Source of the DNA: Terriglobia bacterium
GTDB taxonomy: Bacteria; Acidobacteriota; Terriglobia; Acidiferrales; UBA7541
Reading direction: 5' to 3'
DNA: 64,000 nt
Assembly: GCA_963695545.1 (NCBI GenBank)
Contig: OY968796.1
Span: 1,248,001-1,312,000, forward strand
Below the pieces are notes generated by a model, which had not been told where the DNA came from, did no database searches, and saw only the letters and a program-made list of their open reading frames with translations. This document shows, piece by piece, positions 41,980-52,044 of this stretch. The position numbers and the translations under genes are program-made. The first letter of the stretch is position 1, and each line of letters starts with the position of its first letter.

Positions 41980-42521
41980 TGGCTGCCGAATCATTCGAGG
42001 GCGTGACTCTCGCGCGCATCGTGCGTCCGCACGGGCTTCGCGGCGAAGTTGCCGCCGAAATCTTGACTGATTTTCCCGAGCGCCTGCCCGATCTCAAGCG
42101 CGTGTGGCTCGCTGACGGGCGGACCGCGCCACGGCCTGTCGCCTCGCTTTCCTGCCGCCTGCACAACGGCCAGGCAATTTTTCTTCTCGAAGGCTCCCAT
42201 TCGATGGACGACGCCGAGCACCTGCGCGGCCTGGAAATTCAGGTGCCGCTGGCCGAGCGCGTGACGTTGGGCGCGGGCCAATATTTCGTTACCGACTTGA
42301 TCGGTTGCGACGTGATTGAAGCCGGCGCCGCCGCGCCGCTCGGCCGCGTGCGCGATGTCGAGCAGTCGGGCGCGCGATCATCCGGCACGCCGTTGCTAGC
42401 CGTCGAAACCGCTGCGGGCGAGTTGCTGATCCCATTCGCCGCGGTCTTTTGCACCGAGATTGATCTCGCCGCGCGCCGCATCGTAGTCTCGCTCCCCGAA
42501 GGTCTCCGCGAGTCGCAATAA
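41979..42521 (+). CDS. rimM: Ribosome maturation factor RimM
   Basis: RPHGLRGEV, YFVTDLIG, LIPF, PEGL. Confidence 0.93.
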   Translation: MAAESFEGVTLARIVRPHGLRGEVAAEILTDFPERLPDLKRVWLADGRTAPRPVASLSCRLHNGQAIFLLEGSHSMDDAEHLRGLEIQVPLAERVTLGAGQYFVTDLIGCDVIEAGAAAPLGRVRDVEQSGARSSGTPLLAVETAAGELLIPFAAVFCTEIDLAARRIVVSLPEGLRESQ

Positions 42522-42569
42522 ATCGCCGCGTTGATGTTCGCGCTTCCGATTGCGTTACACTGATTGCCC

Positions 42570-43415
42570 GTGCGATTCGATATCATCACGATTTTCCCGG
42601 AATTTTTCCGCGGACCGCTCGATTACGGCATCGTGCGCCGCGCGCGCGAGGCCGGCCTCGCGGATATTTCCGTGCACGACCTGCGCGCATTCACCCACGA
42701 TCGCCACAACACCGTGGACGATCGGCCGTTTGGCGGCGGCGAAGGAATGGTGCTAAAGCCCGAGCCGATTTTTGAAGCCGTGGAATCGCTCGCGCCGAAT
42801 GCTTCCGAGCCGGATGAATTGCGGCGAAAAGGCGACGTGATCGTGTTGCTCTCCGCTTCGGGGCGAATGTTTCGTCAAGAAATGGCGCGTAGTTGGTCGC
42901 GCGCCCGCCGCCTCGTGTTAATTTGCGGCCGCTACGAAGGCGTGGATGAGCGCGTGGCCGATCATCTCGCCACCGATGAAATTTCGATCGGCGATTTCGT
43001 GCTCTCCGGCGGAGAATTGGCCGCTGCGCTCGTGCTCGACGCCGTCACGCGACTTCTGCCCGGCGCGCTCGGCAACGAAGCCTCCGCAATTCACGAATCG
43101 TTCAGCGAGCCTGATTCCGTCGCGGGCTCGCATGGCCTCGAGTCGGCTGTCGGCGCGCTCCGCGATGTGCCCGCGTCAGCGCCCCGGCCAAACGCGTCCG
43201 GCTTCCTCGATTGCCCGCACTACACGCGCCCTCCCGAATTTCGCGGCTGGAACGTGCCCGACGTGCTCGTCGGCGGAAACCACGAAGAAATCCGCGCGTG
43301 GCGACGCAAAATGGCGCTCCGCAAAACGCTGCGAAATCGCCCCGATTTGTTGGCCGGCGCCGCGCTCAACGCCGAAGACCGCCGCCTACTGCAGGAATTG
43401 CGCTCCGAGAGCTAA
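42570..43415 (+). CDS. trmD: tRNA (guanine37-N1)-methyltransferase
   Basis: [39 protein letters not shown]. Confidence 0.96.
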   Translation: MRFDIITIFPEFFRGPLDYGIVRRAREAGLADISVHDLRAFTHDRHNTVDDRPFGGGEGMVLKPEPIFEAVESLAPNASEPDELRRKGDVIVLLSASGRMFRQEMARSWSRARRLVLICGRYEGVDERVADHLATDEISIGDFVLSGGELAAALVLDAVTRLLPGALGNEASAIHESFSEPDSVAGSHGLESAVGALRDVPASAPRPNASGFLDCPHYTRPPEFRGWNVPDVLVGGNHEEIRAWRRKMALRKTLRNRPDLLAGAALNAEDRRLLQELRSES

Positions 43416-43515
43416 CGCCGCGACGCGCGCCGCGCGCGTTCTTTAGGAGGTGGGAGCTTTAGTTCCCACGTATCCGACCGCGTGGAAAAGGGGCTTTAGC
43501 GCCCGAAACAAGTTG

Positions 43516-44490
43516 TTAGTGTTGCGCCGCGGGGAGCGCGGCCGTGGCGTCGTGCGCGAGTTTCGCTACGCGCGCAGCGCACGCCGCATCTGAGGGCGGG
43601 ACTTGCCTCGCCGCGCGATAATAATCGGCGGCGGATTCGTTGTGGCCGAGTTCGCTTTCGAGATTTCCCATCAGCAAAGCGAATGTTGGATTCGTCGGAT
43701 ATTCCTTCACCAGCGGCGTCAGCACGTCCAAAGCCTGCGCGTAATCGAAATCGTAAGTGCGCAAGTTTTTGGCCAGATAAAATCGCGCCTCGACTCCCGT
43801 CAGCGGCCCGTCGTTCATCGCGATCTTCAATTGGCGGATGCCTTCCTGCTTGTCTCCTCCCGGAATCCCCATGAAAAATCGCAGCACGCGTGCCATGGCC
43901 GAAAGCGTGTCCACGTAATAGTTGTAAAGGCCCAGGCCGGTGTAGGCGTCCGTCATTTGAGGATCTAGCGCGATGCAGCGCAACAGATGTTGTCTCGCCG
44001 CGATTCCCGCGCGCGCCGTGCCGCTGCGATCGTCGCGCAGCCCGAGCAGCCGCGCCCGAAGCAGATATCCCGTCCCGGCGTAGAGTTCCATTTCCGCGGT
44101 GTCGTGCTGCGCGATCGAGGCCTCGGCAAGATTGATGGCCTTCGTCGACAACGCGAGATACGGATCATCGTCGGAAATCCTGGGACGGCGCCACGCGTCG
44201 ATGAATCCCCATTTGATTTCGCAGGATTGGCAGTAGATTTCCCACCAGCGCGCGTCGGCCTCAAGCAGATATGGCAATGGGTCGTTCGGCTCCTGCTGTT
44301 CGAGGCGCGAAAAAAGCGCCCGCGCCGCGTCGCTTTGCCCGCTGTAAAGTAATTTCAATCCGTCAGTCGCTTCCGGCGGCAAATTCAAGGGTGCCGCGCG
44401 CGTCTGCGGCGCAATGCCGAGCGTCAAAGCCAAGCACGCCGCAAGACACATCAAATACGTGCGCAAGCGCTTGCCTCGAAGCAGGCCCAT
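43516..44490 (-). CDS. Exported TPR-like protein
   Basis: Signal peptide, helical repeats, DAYTGLGLYNYY motif. Confidence 0.75.
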   Translation of the reverse strand: MGLLRGKRLRTYLMCLAACLALTLGIAPQTRAAPLNLPPEATDGLKLLYSGQSDAARALFSRLEQQEPNDPLPYLLEADARWWEIYCQSCEIKWGFIDAWRRPRISDDDPYLALSTKAINLAEASIAQHDTAEMELYAGTGYLLRARLLGLRDDRSGTARAGIAARQHLLRCIALDPQMTDAYTGLGLYNYYVDTLSAMARVLRFFMGIPGGDKQEGIRQLKIAMNDGPLTGVEARFYLAKNLRTYDFDYAQALDVLTPLVKEYPTNPTFALLMGNLESELGHNESAADYYRAARQVPPSDAACAARVAKLAHDATAALPAAQH

Positions 44491-44601
44491 TAGACGCGCA
44501 TCCTCGAACACAACGAAGACAACGCACACGATTGTAAACCGCTCGCCCGCCGCCGCGCGAATCGCTGGTCTTATTGCGCCGCGCAAGCCATCTGCTATGC
44601 T

Positions 44602-45987
44602 TTGAAACGTTTTTCCGCCGCCGTGAACACTCCCGCCAAAACCGGATCGCTCGTGCGTGGCCTCGGACTGAAAGAAGCCGTCGCGCTCAACATGATCGAT
44701 ATGGTGGGCATCGGTCCCTTCATCGTTACTCCGCTTGTGGCGCAGGCCATGGGCGGTCCGCAATGTTTGCTCGCTTGGGTTGTCGGCGCGGCCATGGCGC
44801 TTCTCGATGGTTTCGTTCCCGCCGAATTGGGCGCCGCGATGCCGGAAGCTGGCGGCACGTATGTTTTTCTGCGCGAAGCGTATGGCCCCGGCCGCTGGGG
44901 CCGTTTGATGTCGTTTCTGTTTATCTGGCAGACGGTGATTCAAGCGCCGCTGGTGCTGGCTTCGGGCGCCATCGGATTCTCGCAGTATTTCACGTATCTC
45001 GTGCCGCTCGGTCGCTACGGTCAGAAGGCCGTGTCCGCCGGAATTGTGGCGCTGCTGGTTGTCTTGCTCTATCGCCGCATCACGTCCATTGGGCGGATAT
45101 CGCTGTTTCTGTGCGCGGGCGCGGTGGGCACTTTGATCTGGCTCATCTGGGGCGGCGCCACGCATTTTCACGCGCACCTCGCGTTCACCTATCCGCCCGG
45201 CGCTTGGAATCTGAATGTGGTGTTCTTCGCCGGACTCGGCGCGGCCACGGTCAACACCGTGTACAGCTATTTGGGCTACTACAATATTTGCCAAATCGGC
45301 GGAGAGATCCGAGATCCCCAGCGCAACATTCCGCGCGGAATTTTCATTTCCATCGTGGGCATCACCGTCCTGTACCTCGCGATGCAAACCGCGATTTTCG
45401 GCGTGCTTCCGTGGCGCGAAGTCGCGAACTCGCACTTCATCGTGAGTACCTTTATCGAGCGCCTCTACGGTTCGCGCGCGGCGCAAGTGGCGACCGTGCT
45501 GATTCTTTGGACCGCGTTTTCGTCGCTGTTTTCCGGCCTGTTGAGCTATTCGCGCGTTCCCTACGCCGCCGCGCTCGACGGCAATTTCCTCCCGATCTTC
45601 GCGCGCCTGCATCCCAAGAAAAAATTCCCATACGTTTCGTTGCTATTTCTCGGAGGCGTGTCGCTGATTTTCAGCGTTTTGTTTCGCCTTTCCGATGTGA
45701 TCAAGGCCATCCTCGCCATGCGCTTGCTCGTGCAGTTCATCGGACAAGCCGTCGGCTTAATGCGATTGCATCGCCGCTGGCCGGCCGCGCGATTTCCGTT
45801 CAAAATGTGGCTCTACCCGGTTCCCGCCGTGGCCGCGGTCATCGGCTGGGCGGCCTTATTTTTGGCCACAGGCAAAATTTTCGTCGTGGGAGGCCTCGCG
45901 ATGATCGCGCTTGGCGTGCTGATTTATTTGGCGCGCGCTCGCTGGCAACACGAATGGCCGTTCCGTCAGAGTATCGCCTCGCCCTGA
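44602..45987 (+). CDS. APC-family amino acid permease
   Basis: MVGIGPF, AELGAAMPEAGGTY, EIRDPQRNIPR. Confidence 0.9.
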   Translation: MKRFSAAVNTPAKTGSLVRGLGLKEAVALNMIDMVGIGPFIVTPLVAQAMGGPQCLLAWVVGAAMALLDGFVPAELGAAMPEAGGTYVFLREAYGPGRWGRLMSFLFIWQTVIQAPLVLASGAIGFSQYFTYLVPLGRYGQKAVSAGIVALLVVLLYRRITSIGRISLFLCAGAVGTLIWLIWGGATHFHAHLAFTYPPGAWNLNVVFFAGLGAATVNTVYSYLGYYNICQIGGEIRDPQRNIPRGIFISIVGITVLYLAMQTAIFGVLPWREVANSHFIVSTFIERLYGSRAAQVATVLILWTAFSSLFSGLLSYSRVPYAAALDGNFLPIFARLHPKKKFPYVSLLFLGGVSLIFSVLFRLSDVIKAILAMRLLVQFIGQAVGLMRLHRRWPAARFPFKMWLYPVPAVAAVIGWAALFLATGKIFVVGGLAMIALGVLIYLARARWQHEWPFRQSIASP

Positions 45988-45995
45988 TCGCGCCC

Positions 45996-46691
45996 ATGTC
46001 CTCTGATCTCGATCCCGCGTTCGTGCGCATCCCCGAAGGCTGGTTCCAAATGGGCTGCGCCGAAGGCCGCGACGACGAAAAACCCGTGCATCGCATTTGG
46101 GTGGATGCGTTCGAGTTCGCCACGACACAAGTGACGCGCGCCGAATACGCCCGTTTCCTCGCTGCGACGGGCCATCCCGCCACGCGCGATTGGGACGATC
46201 CCAACTTCAGCGATCCGCAACAGCCTGTGGTTTCGCCGTCGTGGTTTGACGCCGAAGCCTATTGCCGTTGGCTCAGCCACGAGACCGGCCACAACTATCG
46301 TTTGCCCACCGAAGCCGAATGGGAGCGCGCGGCGCGCGGCGGCGCCGAAGGCAAACTCTATACGTGGGGCGACGCGCCGCCGGAATCTCAGACCGACTAC
46401 GCCGCGCGCTGGAAGAATGGCCCTGAGCGCGTTGCGCAGTACGCGCCAAACGCCTTCGGCCTTTATGACATCGGCGACAACGTGCACGAATGGTGCGCGG
46501 ATTGGTACGACGCCGCGTACTACACCCATTCGACGGAGCGCAATCCGCAAGGCCCGTCCGGCGGGACGCGTCGCGCGTCACGCGGCGGCTCCTGGCGCCA
46601 CCAGATCAAAATTTCGCGCGTGGCCGCGCGCTCGAGCATCCCTCCCGAATTTGAATACGCCGATTACGGCTTCCGCATCGCGCGTTCTTGA
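45996..46691 (+). CDS. Formylglycine-generating enzyme (FGE/SUMF1) family protein
   Basis: FQMG, DEKPVH, RLPTEAEWERAARGG, NAFGLYD..NVHEW, RGGSW, GFR. Confidence 0.92.
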   Translation: MSSDLDPAFVRIPEGWFQMGCAEGRDDEKPVHRIWVDAFEFATTQVTRAEYARFLAATGHPATRDWDDPNFSDPQQPVVSPSWFDAEAYCRWLSHETGHNYRLPTEAEWERAARGGAEGKLYTWGDAPPESQTDYAARWKNGPERVAQYAPNAFGLYDIGDNVHEWCADWYDAAYYTHSTERNPQGPSGGTRRASRGGSWRHQIKISRVAARSSIPPEFEYADYGFRIARS

Positions 46692-46832
46692 AACCGCGCG
46701 GTGTGTAAGCGGGGTGCAAGATGATGATCGGTTGCCCTTTGGTCACGCAGCATTGCTCCGCGCGGCGCGCCCCTCGATATCGGTGCTATCTTCACTCTGC
46801 GGAGTTTCGCGGAACCACATCGGGGGAAACAC

Positions 46833-47423
46833 ATGAAGGGATTTTGGAACATCGTATTTTTGCTGCCGCTCGCCATCGCGCTGGGCGTTCTGCCAGCGGC
46901 GGCGCAGAAGCAAAAGAAACAGAAATCTACTCCGACCGATACCACCGCCCCCGCGCCGGCTCCTCTGCCCGACGACAAGCGAATCGACGAAGACATTTCC
47001 GAGATGCTCGGCTACTGGCAGCTCGGCATGGTCGATCAGATGCAAAAATATTATTCGCCCGATGTGATCGTGGTCAGTGGAGCGTTTGAGCCGCCGGTTT
47101 CTGGATGGACGGCCTACGTCACCGCGTACCAGGCGATGCGCGCGCGAATCCAAGGCGGTCAGCTCGATCGCACCAACACGTTCATCAAGGTCCAAGGAGC
47201 GAGCGCCTGGGCCACTTATCAGTGGGAATATTTCGCCACCATCGACGGGAACCAGGACGACATTCGCGGACACACCACGCTGGTCTTTGAAAAACAGGGT
47301 GACGATTGGCTGATCGCGCTCGACCACACTTCGGTCGTTTCAAACACTCCGCAGAAGCCGCCCAGCCAGGTCGCCGCGCCCGCCCCGCCGCCAACCGCGA
47401 ATCCCGCGCCCGGTCCGCAATAG
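46833..47423 (+). CDS. Exported NTF2/SnoaL-like protein
   Basis: Signal peptide; YYSPDV, AWATY, TLVFEK..W...DHTS. Confidence 0.8.
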   Translation: MKGFWNIVFLLPLAIALGVLPAAAQKQKKQKSTPTDTTAPAPAPLPDDKRIDEDISEMLGYWQLGMVDQMQKYYSPDVIVVSGAFEPPVSGWTAYVTAYQAMRARIQGGQLDRTNTFIKVQGASAWATYQWEYFATIDGNQDDIRGHTTLVFEKQGDDWLIALDHTSVVSNTPQKPPSQVAAPAPPPTANPAPGPQ

Positions 47424-47457
47424 CTCTCCGCGCCAGAAGGCGCAGCGAACCGCCGCC

Positions 47458-47742
47458 CTAGAAGCTCTTAAATCCCTGATAGAGCCACAGGCCCAGGCTT
47501 GCAAGAAACAGCACGCCTGAGAGCACAGCAAGCGTAACGATAGGCGCCCTGGTCTTCGCAATCTTCTGGAACATCACTTGCTGATCTGCCGCGACGTGCT
47601 CTTCGCCCGGTGCCAGAAAGAGCTGGTCGTCTTCCCTCACGGAAAGGCCCCAGCGGTAAAGAGAGAGGACCAACAGCGCCGCGGTTACCACACCCCAAGC
47701 CACAAACAAGCAGAACAACGGGGTCCATTGCACATTGTCCAT
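47458..47742 (-). CDS. Small two-TM hypothetical protein
   Basis: GGAGG RBS; two hydrophobic helices flanking REDDQLFL. Confidence 0.7.
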   Translation of the reverse strand: MDNVQWTPLFCLFVAWGVVTAALLVLSLYRWGLSVREDDQLFLAPGEEHVAADQQVMFQKIAKTRAPIVTLAVLSGVLFLASLGLWLYQGFKSF

Positions 47743-47943
47743 GGTTTCCTCCCGGCAGATCGGGCGCTTGTTCAAAGCGCCGGGGGTGGGGACGCAGCGC
47801 CGCTCTGCCTTAGTTTCTAACTATGCGCGGAGTATACACCCGGAGGGCGCGAGTAATGACGCGGAGATAATCCTGGCGCTCCAAGGGCAGCCGCGGCTCC
47901 TATCAGCCAGAAAGCAGGCCCTTTGCCGGGTTCGGCGGCAACG

Positions 47944-48762
47944 CTAACGGTTGCGTCTCCGGGCCACCGATTGCATAAGGGCGCGATTCAACCACGGCAG
48001 AAACCTTTCCATGGCCACAAATATCTTGCCGTGCAAAGTGATGATGCGCTCCCGCTTGCCTCGCGCCACGGCGCTCAGAATCTGGCGCGCCGCACGCGGA
48101 GTGCTCATCTGAAGCCAAGCCGGTACATTACTCTTCGCCTCGGGATGAAACTTTCCGTATTTATCGACGCGCTGGATATCGCTCACGACGAAACCCGGGC
48201 TGATCAGTGTGACCTTCACTCCGAGAGGCCGCAGCTCCGGAGTGATGGCGTTGGCGAGCGAGCGAAGCGCAAATTTGCTCATGGAGTATGGCGAGCCGTT
48301 CGGAGTCGAGAACCAGCCGGCCACGCTCGAGATGATCACCAGGTTTCCCTTGGCCTTTTCGATTTCCGGCCGTGCCGCATAGATCGTGCGCAGCACGCCG
48401 AAGACATTGGTTTCAAATTGCCGCCGGTAATCCTCGATCGAAAGGCTTTTGAGCGCGCCCACCACGCCAAAGCCCGCATTGGCGATCGCAACGTCCAGCC
48501 GTCCCCATTTGCCGACCGTGGCCTCAACGGCTCGCTCGAGGTCGCCGTCGCGCGCCACGTCGCACTCGACCGCGAGCGTATCGGAAGTTCCTAGCGCCGC
48601 GATTCTTTGCGCAAGTTTTTCCAGGCGATCCTTCCGCCGCGCGGCCAGCGTGATCTTCGCGCCCGCTTGCGCCAACTGCCACGCCAACTCTTCCCCAATG
48701 CCGGAAGAGGCGCCCGTGATCAGCGCGACTTTGTCTCGAAAATAGGAGCGCGTATTGCTCAT
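47944..48762 (-). CDS. Short-chain dehydrogenase/reductase
   Basis: TGASSGIG, NAG, YSMSK. Confidence 0.93.
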   Translation of the reverse strand: MSNTRSYFRDKVALITGASSGIGEELAWQLAQAGAKITLAARRKDRLEKLAQRIAALGTSDTLAVECDVARDGDLERAVEATVGKWGRLDVAIANAGFGVVGALKSLSIEDYRRQFETNVFGVLRTIYAARPEIEKAKGNLVIISSVAGWFSTPNGSPYSMSKFALRSLANAITPELRPLGVKVTLISPGFVVSDIQRVDKYGKFHPEAKSNVPAWLQMSTPRAARQILSAVARGKRERIITLHGKIFVAMERFLPWLNRALMQSVARRRNR

Positions 48763-48883
48763 GCCGATATCTTACGGCAACCGCCTGCGTGGAGCGCCCT
48801 GCCTTGCAGGTCTTCCCGCCGCTGCGTTGACAAGCGCGCGGGGCGTGGGCAGAATGAACTTGCTTCGCTTTGCCGCGCATTGT

Positions 48884-48970
48884 GCCCAAGTGGCGGAACT
48901 GGCAGACGCACTAGATTCAGGTTCTAGCGTTCGCAAGGACGTGGGGGTTCGAATCCCTCCTTGGGCACCA
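48884..48970 (+). tRNA. tRNA-Leu(CAG)
   Basis: GCCCAAG...CTTGGGC-A-CCA acceptor stem; CTAGA-TTCAGGT-TCTAG anticodon arm; long variable arm; GTTCGAATC T-loop. Confidence 0.96.
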
Positions 48971-49123
48971 CTTTCCGGCGATATTTTTCCGCATTCTGCG
49001 CCAAAACATGAAAGCCGCCGCGTGCAGTGAGGCGCCGCGTCCTGGCGCGCCCCGGCACAGCGCGGCGCACAGCATGATAAGATGAGCGGCGATGCTCGAT
49101 AAATTTAGCGTCGGAAAAATTTG

Positions 49124-50014
49124 ATGTCCGATAAATTCACCGTCGGCCTTGTGCAGATGCGTTCGGGGCCGGACGCGGAAGAAAATCTGGCGCGCGCGGT
49201 CGCGAAAATTCGCGAGGCGGCGTCGCGCGGCGCGCAGATCGTGTGTCTGCCGGAACTGTTTCGTTCGCCGTATTTCTGCCGCGAGGAAAACGCCGACCTC
49301 TTTGCGCTGGCCGAATCGATTCCGGGCCCGACCACCGAGCGGCTTGCTGCGGTGGCGCGCGAGCGAAACGTCGTGCTGGTCGTTTCGGTTTTCGAGCGGC
49401 GCGGCGCGGGCGTCTATCACAATTCCGCCGCGATCATCGATGCCGACGGCACGCTCGTGGGCCGCTACCGCAAGATGCACATTCCGGAAGATCCGCTCTA
49501 TTTCGAGAAATTTTATTTCACCCCGGGCGATTTGGGATTTCCGAGTTTTCCGACGCGCTACGGCCGCGTCGGCGTGCAGATTTGCTGGGACCAGTGGTAT
49601 CCCGAGGGCGCGCGGTTGATGAGTTTGTCGGGCGCGCAAATTCTTTTTTATCCCACGAGCATTGGCTGGCACCCGTCGGAAAAAGCCGAGTTCGGCGCGG
49701 CGCAACTCGATGCCTGGCGCACCATTCAGCGCGCGCACGCGATTGCCAACGGCGTGTACGTCGCGGTGGTGAATCGCGTGGGATTCGAGGGGCCGCCCGA
49801 GGCGGGCTTGGAATTTTGGGGCCACTCGTTTGTGGTCGATCCGTTTGGGCAAGTTCTGGCCGAGGCGCCGGCGGACGACGAAGCGATCCTCGTGGTGGAG
49901 TGCGATCCCGCGAAGAGCGAAGAAACGCGGCGCAATTGGCCGTTTTTCCGCGACCGGCGGATTGACGCGTATCAGCCGATCCTGGAACGCTGGCTCGGCG
50001 AGAGTTTGCCGTAG
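49124..50014 (+). CDS. aguB: Carbon-nitrogen hydrolase, probable N-carbamoylputrescine amidase
   Basis: LPELF, YRKMHIP, EKFYFTPGD, ICWDQWYPE; adjacent to agmatine deiminase. Confidence 0.88.
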   Translation: MSDKFTVGLVQMRSGPDAEENLARAVAKIREAASRGAQIVCLPELFRSPYFCREENADLFALAESIPGPTTERLAAVARERNVVLVVSVFERRGAGVYHNSAAIIDADGTLVGRYRKMHIPEDPLYFEKFYFTPGDLGFPSFPTRYGRVGVQICWDQWYPEGARLMSLSGAQILFYPTSIGWHPSEKAEFGAAQLDAWRTIQRAHAIANGVYVAVVNRVGFEGPPEAGLEFWGHSFVVDPFGQVLAEAPADDEAILVVECDPAKSEETRRNWPFFRDRRIDAYQPILERWLGESLP

Positions 50015-50080
50015 TGCGACCGCGCGGCCGCGGGCCTGGCCCGCTCCTGAATTGCCAACCTTTCGACTCGCCGTGACCCA

Positions 50081-51187
50081 ATGACGCCTTCCAAAACTCC
50101 ACGCGCAACGCCACATTCTCTGGGTTATCGCATGCCCGCCGAATGGGAGCCGCACGAAGCCACGTGGCTCGGTTGGCCGCACGAGCGGACGGATTGGCCT
50201 GGCAAATTCGCGCCGATTCCGTGGGTGTACGCGGAAATCGTGCGGCACCTGGCGCGCGTGGAGCGCGTGCGCATTCTGGTGGAAGGAAAAGAGGCGGAGA
50301 TTGCGGCGCGGCGCGTGCTTGTGAAATCGGGCGCCGATCTCGCGGCCGTGGAATTTTCGAGCGTGCCCACGAATCGCGGCTGGACGCGCGATTCCGGGCC
50401 GATATTCGTGAAGAACGACGCCGGCGAAATCGCGATCACGCATTGGAAATTCAATGCGTGGGCCAAGTATGACGATTTTCAGAAGGACGCCGCAGTTGTG
50501 ACGCGATTGAACCGGCGCCTCGACTTGCCGCTGTGGCAGCCGGAGGCGGTGTGGGCGCCGGATGCGAAACCGCGGCGCGTGGTGCTTGAAGGCGGCAGCA
50601 TCGAAGTGAATGGGCGCGGAACGCTGCTGACGACCGAAGAGTGTTTGCTGAGTCCGGTGCAGGCGCGCAATCCGGGGATGGCGCGCGAGGAAATCGAAAG
50701 CGTGCTGCGCGATTTTCTCGGCGCGACGCACGTGCTGTGGCTGCGCAATGGAATCGCGGGCGACGACACGCACGGCCACGTGGACGACCTCGCGCGCTTT
50801 GTTGATGCGTCGACCGTGGTCACGGTGGTCGAGCGCGATCCCACCGAAGCGAATTACGCGTCGCTGCAGGAAAATCTCGCGTTGCTCAAAGCCATGAAAG
50901 ACGAATCGGGGCGCGCGCTGCGCATCGAGACGCTGCCTATGCCGGAAGCGGTATTTTTTGCCGGGCAACGCTTGCCCGCGAGCTACGCGAATTTTTATAT
51001 CGCGAATCGCGTGGTGCTGGTCCCTACGTTCAGCGACGCGAATGATCGCGTGGCTTTGGCCACGCTGGCCTCGCTTTTCCCCGATCGCGAGATTATCGGC
51101 ATTCCGTGCCGCGATCTTGTTCTGGGCCTCGGCACCATTCATTGCATGACGCAGCAGCAGCCCGCCGCCGGTTCTGGCGCGATCTAA
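50081..51187 (+). CDS. aguA: Agmatine deiminase family protein
   Basis: MPAEWEPH, WTRDSGP, LEGGSI, DDTHGHVD, ASYANF, GTIHCMTQQQP. Confidence 0.92.
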   Translation: MTPSKTPRATPHSLGYRMPAEWEPHEATWLGWPHERTDWPGKFAPIPWVYAEIVRHLARVERVRILVEGKEAEIAARRVLVKSGADLAAVEFSSVPTNRGWTRDSGPIFVKNDAGEIAITHWKFNAWAKYDDFQKDAAVVTRLNRRLDLPLWQPEAVWAPDAKPRRVVLEGGSIEVNGRGTLLTTEECLLSPVQARNPGMAREEIESVLRDFLGATHVLWLRNGIAGDDTHGHVDDLARFVDASTVVTVVERDPTEANYASLQENLALLKAMKDESGRALRIETLPMPEAVFFAGQRLPASYANFYIANRVVLVPTFSDANDRVALATLASLFPDREIIGIPCRDLVLGLGTIHCMTQQQPAAGSGAI

Positions 51188-51210
51188 GCCCCGAAAAGTC
51201 CCGGCCCCCT

Positions 51211-51356
51211 ATACACCCCCGGTATGTTTTGCGTAAGTATTGCAAACAAAGGGGATGCAGGAAAAGAGTGCGGATGAGTGTGAAAACAAAGGGATGTAAT
51301 GTGTTTTGTTTTGAATGAGTTGCGCACTCTTTTGCAAGAGATTGAAAACAAAGGGG
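51211..51356 (-). repeat. AT-rich motif array, copy B
   Basis: Three CCCTTTGTTT(T/G)CA units plus one inverted unit; ends CTTACGCAAAACATACCGGGGGTG; homologous to 12838-13003. Confidence 0.8.
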
Positions 51357-51465
51357 CTGCAGAGCGGGTTGGATGCAGATGAGCGCAGGGATTGGCGAGG
51401 ATGGTTACGCGCGACGGTACGTGGACGCGAGGAGGGAGGGGCGTTTCGAGGAGTTGTTGCGTCTT

Positions 51466-51531
51466 CATACCACCTTATAGCATAAGAGTCAATACGGGTC
51501 AAGAGTATTGTATGAGTATAGTATTCGAATA
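51466..51531 (-). promoter_or_regulatory. Palindrome + sigma70 promoter + leaderless ATG cassette, copy B
   Basis: TATTCGAATA 51522-51531; TTGACC 51502-51497; 17 nt; TGC-TATAAG 51479-51474; ATG 51468. Confidence 0.65.
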
Positions 51532-51694
51532 GAATTCGCAGGGTGGTCGTTTGAGCCGTTCGAAAAGACTGTGTCGCCCCTACGGGGCTGGTTATGGAAT
51601 GAGCCGCGATTTTGGCTCGAGCGGATGCGTGTTAGGTCGGCGCTGCAGATTGAAGCGGATGCGTTGGGGCCGGCGGCGTTTCCGGCGCAAAGGC

Positions 51695-51723
51695 AAGATG
51701 GAGGCCTAAAGGCCTCCGCTACA
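51695..51723 (-). repeat. GTAG-type REP-like hairpin, copy 2
   Basis: Reverse complement TGTAGCGGAGGCCTTTAGGCCTCCATCTT; matches 11004-11032. Confidence 0.8.
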
Positions 51724-51802
51724 CTAAGCCAGGCGATGCGCGACCGGAGCTAGCTGGACAAGAGGCTGGTGGAGCTGACGCGGAAAAACCCAAGAAGGAG
51801 AA

Positions 51803-52007
51803 AGGAAAAAGGCGGCCCCGGGGTCGAGCCGCCTCTTCTTTGTGTTCGCGTTGGAACACGTCCCAGCCCTTCGGAGTGGGTTGGGAGTCGGTGTGTGACC
51901 TGACTGGTCAAACCCGGCTCCTGGAAAAAAGTTGCGGGGTATGGACCCCGGGGCGTTTCGCCGGGTTCGACGATAATCGCGACGCTGGCTTGTGGCTGCC
52001 AGATTGG
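51803..52007 (-). ncRNA. Candidate structured small RNA with intrinsic terminator
   Basis: Several hairpins; GGCGGC/GCCGCC stem followed by a U-run on the minus strand; upstream TTGATC-N16-TATCAT; no credible ORF. Confidence 0.45.
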
Positions 52008-52044
52008 GCCTCAATGATAGAATTCGCGTCACGAGGATCAATCG

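Noticed and set aside
44574..46691. 705-aa ORF as a fusion protein
   Set aside because: Only the last 231 aa (from ATG 45996) are the FGE domain; the rest is an off-frame overlap with the permease
51211..51356. AT-rich arrays as CRISPR
   Set aside because: Units are degenerate, unevenly spaced and partly inverted; no cas genes
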